Below are positions 36,683 to 49,989 of a DNA stretch of 64,000 nucleotides, piece after piece. Position numbers and translations under genes: made by a program. Every line of letters begins with the position of its first letter. Positions within the stretch are counted from its first letter, which is position 1. The notes beneath the pieces were generated by a model, which had not been told where the DNA came from, did not search any database, and saw only the letters and a program-made list of their open reading frames with translations. The DNA is from Paraspadella gotoi (lineage: Eukaryota > Animalia > Chaetognatha). The stretch lies in assembly GCA_051294375.1 (NCBI GenBank), contig CM119268.1, positions 9,250,718 through 9,314,717 of the forward strand. The letters are read 5' to 3'.

Positions 36683-37116
36683 TTCCTAACAATCCAGTTT
36701 TCCAGAAATTTTTTCCCGCGTATAAGTCTTCGAGGCATGGATTTTATACAAGCTCTTTCATTGCTTGTTTTTTATTCTTTCCAAATTTCCGTTTTTGTTT
36801 CCTTTTACATATTTTGTACTCTGCTTTAATTAATTTAAATGTGGTAGTAGTTGTAAGTTTTTTGTAAATTGCTGTTTTTATCTGAGCGATGAGTTTGTAT
36901 CCAGTATGAGCTCTCACAAATAGTATTAATTTGTTTTTATGAGTTCTTAACGAAATTGTGAGTAAGGCAAGGTTAAGAATTTTTTTTTTAAACATTATTT
37001 TGGAAATAGAATATTTTTGATTGCGTTTTTAATTTTTATATTATTAATTTACAGGAATGGTTTAAGAGAGTCTAATATTAATTTTAGCTTTAATAATAGA
37101 TAGAGAACTTGTGAAG

Positions 37117-38723
37117 ATGGGTGACATTTTTTCGAGCTCCGATGCCTGCGATCTTTTGCGCAACAAGTTTGTCGTGATTCTAGGCGACAGCAACTTTAGG
37201 TCTATGTACAAGGATCTGTTGATCTTACTGCAAGAAACCAAGTTTATGCCCACCGACTCTTGCAAAGCCAAAGGAGAGCACAGATTTATGGGCGACACTC
37301 TGCTGGAGGGCGGCCGCAAGGGAGATATGCACAATGGTATTTCTTATCGCGAGAAAAGAATTTACCAGGTAAATCCGTTCAGCTCGAGTTAAAAAGTTAT
37401 TATTATTTTTCCGATTTTCTTGTGTTTAAGTATTTTTGATGTTAAACATTTTTGAAACCAATTAAGCACTTATTTTATACGTATTCTGATTTGATATATA
37501 TGATGTATTCTTTCCGACAATTTTTTACTTCTACATCAAGTCTGACTCGCACAAGATTCAATACGAGTTTATCACTCGTGCTTACAACAGTCACGTTGAA
37601 GGAATATTGAAAAGGTTTTCCAGTCGACTTGAAGTGCCGGATGTCCTCATTCTTCACAGCGCCCTGTGGGACATGTCCAGATACGGGCATCGCGCTGCCG
37701 ATGAATACAAAGGTAAACTGACTAAACATGTGAAAAGTGTAAATAAGAATCATTATTAGTAAAGTTTTGTATTTACTACTTTAACTACATGTACTGTTTC
37801 ATTAACTGTCAATATTAAAATTTTGTTCACATTGGTTAAACTCAAACACTTTACCAGAAAATGTCGACAAGCTTTTTCGTCGCGCTAAGTCGCTCCTTCC
37901 TCCCGAAACGCTGGTTATTTGGGCTACGGGGCCTCCCATTTCCAACTCCCCTCGAGGCGGCGTCCTCGTTCCTGAGGTGGACTTCTTGAAAGATACACTC
38001 CGGCTCGACGTGATGTGCGGGAACGCGTTCGCTGCTAAATGCGCTCAGAAGTAACCGAGTAGGCGTTTCTACGCTTTGTCCGCGCTTCTTTCATTTCTCG
38101 ACTCGCTTTGTTTTGCCAGACATGGCTTCGACTTGGTGGATTTGCACTTCTTTATGCATCAGCAGATTCATCGACGTGTAAAAGACGGAATCCACTGGGA
38201 CAACACGGCCCTGCGACGAATGGTTAACATTCTGCTTACTCACATCGCTGAAGCTTGGGGAACCCCATTGCCAAGCCGCGTCAGCTTTGACGGTACACCG
38301 CGCGTCAGTCCTCAAATTACCCCCGCTTCAACTCATTCAAATTCCTCCGTCGATAACCGTCAAACATCACTGCTTCCTAAGAAATCAGAAACGGTCGGAA
38401 CTGTGAAGAAGTCGAGCAGTCATTCTCGATCTCGCACTCAGGCGTCGTCGTCGTCGTCCTCGCGCCCCGCCCGTCCACCCTCCCGTGCCAGTCATCATTC
38501 CCGTTACAATCCTTATCCCACTCCGCATCTCCAGCCATATCCGTCGCATTATTTCTCTCCTTATTCACCATACCACAACTTCTTCAATAGACAGGACCTC
38601 TTTAGCGGGGGGCCAATCGCCCAGCATCCATTCCTCTACCATTATGGCGGAGGAGACGACTTAGGTTCTTTCGGCGGATATCGCCCACCGCAGGGAAGCA
38701 AGAAACGTTCCAGAACCAAGTAG
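37117..38723 (+). CDS. PCED1: PC-esterase domain protein (PCED1/FAM113 family, SGNH-like)
   Basis: LLRNKFVVILGDSNFRSMYKDLLILLQ and DLHFFMHQQIHRRVKDGIHWD match FAM113/PCED1; P/H/Y-rich tail. Confidence 0.88.
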
Positions 38724-38934
38724 TTTCTGCCGCTTGAACTTTGATGTTTTTCAGGGTTTCAATTCAGAAATTTAGCGTTGCAGTCCTCTTTATGCTGATT
38801 AGAAATCTAACATGGTTATTTTGGATTTTATTTTAAATTATATTTTTAGATTTGATTTAATCTTGTATTTTTATTGTAAATCACTGAAACCCCTGAAATT
38901 GTACAATTTTTTTTCTTTTAATTTTTTTTTTGTC

Positions 38935-39330
38935 TATGAAATTGGTACAACCAATATAAAAATTATCCATTCATTTAATAAATAAGCTATCTTGCCCCTG
39001 ACTTTGGACAGGCTTTGGTGGTTTAAGGCCTCCATCACTCTTACAAGATAATGACATAGCAGGTCCCTGCAAGCTTTCAATCAAGACTCTCTCACAGTCT
39101 CGTTTATTCACTCCCAGAGTACCTGGCTTCCCTATCAATGAAGTGGAAAATATTTCAAAGAATGTTTCAATTGTATGAAAAGACCACTCCCTTAAGTATT
39201 AGATCGGGGAATACTTATTGTACTCCGCACTAGCATCAAAATACAAGGAGCTGAATTTTATGAAATTGGTACAACCAATATAAAAATTATCCATTCATTT
39301 AATAAATAAGCTATCTTGCCCCTGACTTTG
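38935..39330. repeat. Perfect 72-bp direct repeats (38935-39006, 39259-39330) flanking 252 bp of unique sequence
   Basis: TATGAAATTGGTACAACC...AATAAATAAGCTATCTTGCCCCTGACTTTG occurs twice. Confidence 0.85.
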
Positions 39331-40833
39331 TAACTTTTTCTTCTTCCGTGGAGGATTTCTTTTACTTTCTCATCTTTTAGTTTTTCCCTTTACTTTCTAT
39401 AGAAATTTGCTCTTCTGTCTGAACCCACTAGATCTTCACTTACATCGCTCTATACAAAATAACCAATTTTTGCCCGTTTTATTTTTTAAAAAAATTTGAT
39501 AAATAAAAGAATATTTTAAAAAACAAAATAATAATCAATTTTAGTAAGGGTAGCCTAACTCAGTAAAGTGGTTAGGTAATTTGAATTAAGCACCAGCTCA
39601 AACGAAAATTTTGACATTTTTAAAAAAGTTTGAATAGACAAAACATTTTAATATAACTCTATACCCCATATATTAATTTTTTAATATTTATTTGTAATAA
39701 TTTCCTTTCTTTTCGTTATTTTGTGAATTTAAGGAATAATAGTTTTTGAAATTTTGATAATTGTTATAAATTCGTTTTCAAAATGAAGGGCAAAAAAATT
39801 TTTAAAGCTTTTTTTCAGATCAGATTCAGGTAGCTTGCAAAAAGTTGTTTACACAAAGTATTATTCTTTTTTCGATATTTTGATCATAAGTAAGTGAAAA
39901 ATATGAAAAACTACTAATAATCATCATCATCTTTCGATAATTTTATTAATTTTTTTTACTTTTATGCTTCATCAGAATCAATCAAAAAAGTTAAGATTAA
40001 TGAAAAAGCTTTTTATCATTATATAATATTATTGTAATTTTATAGTAACAATAAAAGTATTAAAATTGAACTTTTTTAAAAAAAAATTTTTTACCTGAAA
40101 ATAGTCTTCAAGACTGAAGTTTGAACCCCGACCTTATTGAATTTAACTTCATAGTAGATTTCTAATTATTCCATTTTATTTTATTATATTTCTTATTCTA
40201 TGTCTTGATCAAAGAATTTTAATTATATAATATATATCATATATATTTTTATTAGTACTAAAATGTTATTAGTTCCGCAGTAACAGTTCACTTAAACAGT
40301 TCCCTTAAAATTGATTTTCATGTATTGGCGCAGCCACTGGTTAAATATCCTGCGGCTGATTTGGCCCGATTCATTTTTCATTTCAACCTTTTGTTTTTTT
40401 TTTCTCTTATCGGAGCACAGAATTTCTCGAGGCGGCGCTGCAAAGCGATATGCCTCACGTTGTGCCGCGCATGGATCCCTCCTGGCGTGATTTAGATATG
40501 GCCAAAACGAAAAGCCAAAGAATGCAGCTTTCAAAGCCGATATTCGCCCGATTCAGTTTTTTCCAAGAATTTGATGTTTGTTCAATCATTTTCTTCCTCA
40601 TTATTAACGAGGCACTTCTAAATTTATGATTTATATAGGCATATATAAACTAATGTTACTGTACATCGGTGAATTTTTTCATATTAAATTTCGATCATAA
40701 TAACCGGATGCACGTGATTGCGAAAGATCACCGTGTTTCCGCGAGTGCTTTCAATTTCGTTTTTTCGTATTTTTTTGCAGAAAGGAATTGATCTTACGAT
40801 GATCAATTTCCTGGCATCAATAACTTCTCAAAT

Positions 40834-43238
40834 ATGGATCAGGACAAAATTTTTCAGAAACTCCGGCTTAGTATTCGGTTTCAGTCTAGCGAAATAAAGC
40901 GCAAGAGACGCCAAAAGTCTTTATCGAACGGTAACGCGTTGGATGCTGGACTGGTCGGGCCTGGCGGGCCAGGCGCCCCTACGGAAAACCGACGCAAAGA
41001 CGACGCGCCTCCGCCCGAGAAGCGGCAACGGTCGGCGTCCTGCTCCTCCGATGGCGCCATCGATCTTTTGACGGGCATGAGTGGCGCCGCCCTCGAGGGC
41101 GCGGAGAAGAAGCGTAAAAAGAAGAAAAGGAAAGGAACAAAAACCGAAGAGGAAAATTTGGAGGCGAGAAAGGAAGAAGAGATTAACGCTTTCCGCAATG
41201 CACACCGCATTCACGTCAAGGGTTCCGACGTCGCCGAGCCGCTTCGCACTTTTGAGGACTTTCGCCGCAGATTGGGTCTCGGCGAAGTTTTGAGTCGGAA
41301 CATCGAGGGTTTGGGTTTCGTCGAACCCACGCCCATTCAAATGCAAGCCGTTCCCGTCATGGCTTCCGGGTAAATTTACGTCGATAATTAAATAGGTTTT
41401 CGTCTATTTTTTTGTTTAACCCATAATAACTACGAACAAGGCAGAATTTTATTTACTGCAAGGGCTGTCCTACTGTATGACTAAATTAAATACCTTTTTT
41501 TATCAAACATTATCCCCCAGACGCCCAATCCTTGCCTGTGCCCCTACAGGCTCTGGGAAGACCCTTGCCTTCGCTATCCCCATTCTTCACTCCCTAAAGG
41601 GCTCCAAAACCGGCGTCGGCTTTCGTGCCGTTGTTTTGTCGCCGACCAGAGAGTTGTCCCAGCAAACCTACAGAGTTTTTCATCGTCTCGCCGAAGGAAC
41701 TGGGATTAAAATTTTCAACGTTGACTCTCGCGTTGAGAAAGCCGCCGAAAAGTTCGCGCCGGACAACCCAAAAGGTTATAGCTATTAATAGGGTGATAAC
41801 GTGTCTAACGCACGATTTATTTTATTCGATCGATTATCAGCTTGCTAAGAACTTCGATCTTTATAAGCTTTTACGTGAATATGCGTTAATTACACCAAAA
41901 AATGTTTCGATTTCAATAGGAGTTCGATTCGACATCCTGATTACGACGCCATCTCGTCTCGTTGCTCTGCTGAGACGAAGACCGAAACCTGGAGTAGATC
42001 TCAAAAATGTCGAGTGGCTCGTCGTCGACGAAAGCGATAAACTGTTCGAAGAAGGCGGTCAAGATGGTGGATTCAGGTTCCATTTATTTTTTGTTTTTAA
42101 TCATCGCTCACATGAATTCCCTTCCAACAATTCATTGATCGTTTTTCAATCCATTAGATCTCAGCTTGCATCAGTCTATAAGGCCTGTCGCAATCCCAAG
42201 ATCCGCCACGCTATGTTTAGCGCGACTTATCAGTCGAACGTTGAAGAATGGTGCCGCACTCATCTCGACAATGTTGTCGAGGTCGTCGTCGGTGTCAAGA
42301 ACGCTTCCGTTAAGGAGATCGAACAAAAAGTCAAGTTCGTTGGCAGCAAAGAGGGAAAAATCTTGGCTATCAAAGAAATGATCAGAGAAGGCGTCAAACC
42401 TCCCGTACTAGTTTTTACTGAGGTCAGAGGCTGAGGGCAAAGCTAATTATATTCATTTGTGCTGTCAATATAAATTCACAGTGTGGTCGCAACAACCTCC
42501 CCTTTTTTTTCCACCCTTAGTCTCAAGAGAGCGCTCAACAGCTGTACAACGAATTGGTGTATGACGCACTCAACGTTGACGTTATTCATGGCGGAAGGAC
42601 TCAGCTGCAGCGAGAAGAATCCATCAAAAAACTTCGACTCGGTGCGCACGTATTAACTCGTTGCACTGAAATTGGTTTCGTAACGAAAAACTGTTTCAAT
42701 TGCAGGAACCACGTGGATCCTGGTCTGCACGGAGCTGCTGGGACGCGGAATGGACTTTCAAGGCGTGAATCTCGTTATCAATTATGACTTTCCTCGCAGC
42801 GCCATCAGCTATGTTCACCGGATTGGTCGCACTGGCAGAGCCGGTCGTCCCGGACAAGCGGTGACCTTTTTCACCGAGGACGATACATACTACCTCAGGT
42901 GGTCACTCTTTTTTTTTGTGTGTGACACTATGTGTGTATGGCGCATATTGTAGTGATGAAAAACAAGCGCGACGATCTAAATTAGAATCGTGTTGACGAC
43001 CTATAATTATCTGAATTAAAATTTTAGATAGAGAGTTGTTTTTGAAAGATTCTGTCTTTTAATATCTCTTTACCCTCTCTCTCATAGGAGTATCGCGGGC
43101 GTCATGCGTGATTCAGGTTGCCTGGTCCCAGATCATCTTCTTACCTTGACCGAGAAACGAAAGGAGATTGGGAAGATGAGCCGTCTTAGAATCGCTAGGA
43201 TAAAAGAGGGAAGACCAAAAAAGAAAAAAAAAATATAA
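40834..43238 (+). CDS. DDX52: DEAD-box RNA helicase DDX52/ROK1
   Basis: [93 protein letters not shown]. Confidence 0.93.
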
Positions 43239-43438
43239 AATAAAATTGTAATGTGACTTTTGATTCCCTTTGTTGTTTCTGTTACTTTAGTAGTTATCGT
43301 TTAAGATTAATAAAAACCCCTGTTTTCACAGCTATTTTTCAGTCTTAAATTCGTAAAAAGGTCTATTCCTTTCGGCGAAGAATATTTAGTTAACCATCGT
43401 TCAATTGTTTTTAAACGTCAAACGACCTGAAGTAAAAA

Positions 43439-45678
<2,240 letters not shown>

Positions 45679-46082
45679 ATTTCCTTTTTGACTATTGTCT
45701 CACATGCCAGTTTTCATCTTTTTGTGGCTGCTTCATCCTGACACTAGTTATGTTTTCAAGACGATTCGAACAAATAAAAGAACATTTGGTGCGTCGTGGA
45801 GTAAATGCAGAATTTGAAATGTAGGGAGTGGGAGAGAGACAAGGCCGTTACCTGTGATTGTTACATCGCCTGATTCGTCAAAAGGGTTTATACTGCTTAT
45901 GTTTTGTATTCATTCCATGCTCAGCCACCTTTGACGGTGATTGGACGGTGTTAATTCGAATTTTTTCGCCATTTTTTTTCGTTTAGGCTTACTTATCCCT
46001 CCAAATTTTACACCAAAGATTTTGTTTTACCTTGACTAATTAATTCTTCAATAAATTCATTCGTTCGTTCATCAAATTAATC

Positions 46083-46703
46083 ATGGACTTAAGAATACTT
46101 TTATTCTTGTTGGGCGTGAGCGTCTCCATCAACTTAGCCTTGATTATCACCGTCGGAATCATCGCCACCCGTCAAGCCCGTGCGGGTCTGCCGAGGATGC
46201 CGGAAGCGAAAGCTCGGTGCATGGTAGAGCCGAACACCGTCCTAAACCCCGACCTCAGAGGGGAAAACCCAGTCAAAGGGATTGTCGAGATCGAGGAGAC
46301 GTCGGTTGGCAGCCTCAAGGTTTCCGTCAACCTCACGGGATTTAAGCCCTCCGATTCGAAGAAGCTTCACGGGTTCCATGTTCACGCTTTGGGCGATATC
46401 GTCTCCCAGGGTTGCCAATCCGCCGGCGGACACTTTAATCCCGAGGGAAAGAACCACGGCGACCCAAAAGAGGCGGAGCGTCATGTTGGTGATTGGGGTA
46501 ACATCGTGGTGGACACCGACGGGACAGTTCAATCCGAATTCACCGACGACGTGGCCACGATGTCCGGGTTCCACGGCGTTCTCGGCCGGGCCATTGTGGT
46601 GCACGCAGGAGAAGACGACCTCGGCAATGGCGGTGACGAAGGGTCGAGGATGACTGGAAACGCCGGCCCTCGACTAGCCTGCTGCGTTATTGTAGCCGTT
46701 TGA
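46083..46703 (+). CDS. Intronless Cu/Zn superoxide dismutase with N-terminal signal/anchor (extracellular SOD3-like)
   Basis: HGFHVH, GGHFNP, NHG, RHVGD, GRAIVVHAGEDDLG and GNAGPRLAC retain the metal ligands and catalytic Arg; ~25-aa hydrophobic N-terminus. Confidence 0.93.
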   Translation: MDLRILLFLLGVSVSINLALIITVGIIATRQARAGLPRMPEAKARCMVEPNTVLNPDLRGENPVKGIVEIEETSVGSLKVSVNLTGFKPSDSKKLHGFHVHALGDIVSQGCQSAGGHFNPEGKNHGDPKEAERHVGDWGNIVVDTDGTVQSEFTDDVATMSGFHGVLGRAIVVHAGEDDLGNGGDEGSRMTGNAGPRLACCVIVAV

Positions 46704-47349
46704 ATATTGTTAAGAAAACAGTTCTTACGGAATTCCATATTTTTAAAGATAACATTTTATCGTTATTCATCGCTGGGGTTTTTGGATCATGCATACGTTC
46801 TTTTAATACTTGCCCAAAGGAAATTTATTTAGTCATAGCTTTTTACCAAAAATTTTTACCATCATTTTGCTGTGCCACGAGCAAATTGACCCCTTTTGGC
46901 CCTTTTGCGTGTACTGTATGTCAGGGTATCTTTGGTCTTGCCTCGTCACGAAAAAAATTTGGACTGATAGTTAGTTGTTTCGTAGTTAAAAAATATATTT
47001 CTTAATATAGTGTCGTTGTTCAATGTTCATTATTCTTCTCCAGCAATAAAAATCGTTCTATTTTTCAATATTTGCCTTTTCTTCCTCAATCTCTACATAC
47101 GTAATAAGTGCATATTATCATCTCGACGTTCTTTGAATTTATCGTGGGCGCAAGCAGCTTGAAATCCTCAAGGATTTTCTCGTCTTTGGTTAGGGTGTTG
47201 AAATTTTTCATACTCTAATAATGCCCTGTGATATTTCTCTTATCAGTTTTCTCAGACTGGTTTTCTACTCTTATTTTTTTTTTCTTTTGAAAAAATGCAG
47301 TGAAAACGCATTCCGGAATTCTTTTCCGATACAACTATCTCGTCTTTCT

Positions 47350-47857
47350 TATGGCCTCAGGAGAAACCTCGTCCCCCATACAATTTTACAGCAACATCTC
47401 CGGGATTTACGTCGCCTTCTCCAACTTTCACCTCTGCCGATTCGATTATGCTGGTAAAACTTGGCCCTCGGCGGAGCACGCCTTTCAGGCGATGAAGTTT
47501 TCGGAGGAAGGCGCGTCCGCCGACAACTTGAATCAAGCGGAAAGGATTCACGCGGCCGCGACGCCCGGTTCTGCAAAAAAACTCGGCGCCCAGCGCCGCG
47601 GACCGTGCAAACTTCGGGGGGACTGGGAGACCGTCAAGGTCGATCTCATGAGGGAGATAGTAACGGAGAAGTTCAAGCAGAACGTCGACTTGAAGGAACT
47701 CATTTTGGGAACGGGGGACAGAGAGTTGAAAGAACATACGCCAAGGGATAAATTCTGGGGGGACGGTGGAAAGAAAGGGGATGGAAAGAATATGCTGGGA
47801 ACAATTTTGATGGAAGTTCGAGAGATCTTACGTAATGAATTGACAGAAATCGATTGA
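47350..47857 (+). CDS. NADAR family protein (YbiA/RibX-like N-glycosidase), intronless
   Basis: FSNF...WPSAEHAFQAMKF...LRGDWETVKVDLM...KFKQN..LKELILGTGDRELKEHTPRDKFWGDG...GKNMLGTILMEVR; first ATG about 47351. Confidence 0.9.
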
Positions 47858-48059
47858 TGTAGCTATGTGTACTATTAAATATGTGTCCTAAAGCGCTTTA
47901 GTTTAGATCAAATCACCTATTTATACTTGCGTAGTAATACTAAATCTTTTTTACAGATGAACTAAATGTTTCCCCACGATTCTTCATTACGTATATTTTT
48001 TCCCTTCGCTCGCAAAAAATCGATGAGTTATTAACGACGTTCTGTAATATTCGCTCGTG

Positions 48060-49289
48060 ATGGGTCAACACCCTTCGAATCTCTCCCATTTGGAGAAGGA
48101 GATCGGGTCGGATCAATTTCCCGCCAACGAACATTACTTTGGACTCGTTAATTTTGGCAACACCTGCTACTGCAACTCCGTCCTTCAGGCGCTCTTTTTC
48201 TGCAAGCCCTTCCGCGATCGAGTGCTGCAGTACAAGCAGCAAAGTAAGCGGACTAAAGAGACGCTCCTCACTTGCTTGGCGGATCTCTTTTACAACATCG
48301 TGACGCAGAAGAAGAAAGTTGGGACGATCGCTCCAAAAAAGTTTATCGCTCGCCTCAAGAAAGAGAACGAACTTTTCGACAATTTCATGCAGCAAGACGC
48401 TCACGAATTTCTCAACTATCTCCTCAACAGCGTGGCCGACCTCTTGCAGGCGGAAAAAAACGCGGCCGCCGAATCCGGCGGGTCTGGGGGCGGCGGCGGC
48501 CTTCCCCGTCACAACGCCACGAGTCCTCAGGATCCAGGCGGGGCTGGCGCGACAGGTCAAGGCCACGTCACCGTCTCCTCAAAAAATGACACTTGGGTTC
48601 ACGAGATTTTTCAGGGCACGCTTACCAATGAGACCAGATGCCTCAACTGTGAGACGGTGTCCTCCAAAGACGAGGACTTCTTGGACCTCTCCATAGACGT
48701 CGACGCCAATACTAGCGTAACTCACTGCTTGCGGGTTTTCTCCAACACGGAAACCCTTTGTCTTGAGCAAAAGTACTACTGCGAGGTTTGCCACTCCAAA
48801 CAAGAAGCTCAGAAACGCATGCGTGTGAAAAAACTGCCCGCAATCTTGGCGCTACACTTAAAGCGATTCAAGTACGTGGAGCAGTTCAACCGATACACGA
48901 AACTTTCGCACCGGGTCGTATTTCCGCTAGAGCTGCGCTTGTTCAACACCTCTCACGATGCCTACAACCCGGATAGGCTATACGATCTCGTCGCCGTCGT
49001 AGTTCACTGCGGCAGCGGACCCAATCGAGGTTTGTCTCAATTAAAAATTGCGAAATGTATATAGTTACAAATGAGATTTATTGTTTTACAAATTTTGAAA
49101 GTCGCGCATTAATCTTTTACAGGTCACTACATATCTATCGTAAAAAGTCATGGCATTTGGCTTTTGTTCGACGACGATATAGTCGACCGAATCGATCCCT
49201 CGACCATCCAAGATTTCTACGGTCTCACCTCTGACATCCAAAAACAGTCGGAAAGTGGATATATTTTGTTTTATCAAACGAAAGAATGA
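48060..49289 (+). CDS. USP46: Ubiquitin carboxyl-terminal hydrolase USP12/USP46 (2 exons)
   Basis: [68 protein letters not shown]; co-orthologue of USP12/46. Confidence 0.95.
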
Positions 49290-49989
49290 CTCATTTCTGA
49301 CGCGTTAAAACCAGCGATGTCCAGTTTTTTCCTCGATTTATCGGGGGGATGCCTTTATTCCTGTAATTATGTCTTGGATAATTTGTGAAGCCACATGGGC
49401 GTAAAGCGCATTGAGAGCGTTAAATTATTCTTTCCTCATCGACTCACGGCCTGCGTTTAAATTCTTGGTCTGACCTTGCCTTTTATGACGAATTCGCGAT
49501 GTCTCAAGCTTAATACTGCAATTAATCACATTAGATTTTGCGAGACATTTGGCGAAATTGTGAATTTTACCTTTCAAAAACTAGTCATATTACGGAACGG
49601 TAAAAGATCAGTCGCCTCAGCGACATCGTGTTGAATTTCATTGAAAGCAAATACAATGTTTTGGACTGAAATCTGCAAATGATCGTTCGTATTGTTAGTC
49701 TTATAATTTTTAGAAAATTTTTATTTAAAGAAAACAAGACTTGTGTTTTTTTTTAGTTCTCGAAAGAAAACCTATGCACTGGTGTTTTAGGATTGAGCGC
49801 CGCTCTTTTCTTTCATTCATTCATATGTTAATAAAAAATCTTTGAATCTTCTACATTGAACCTTTTAAATCTTTAATAGATAATAGACAGCAATCATGAC
49901 ATGAATCGTATCGAACACGAGCTATACCGCGCCGTTGAAACGTCCATTAAACGGTTTTTCGCCGACTTTCTTTGACCATCCAGTGACGG

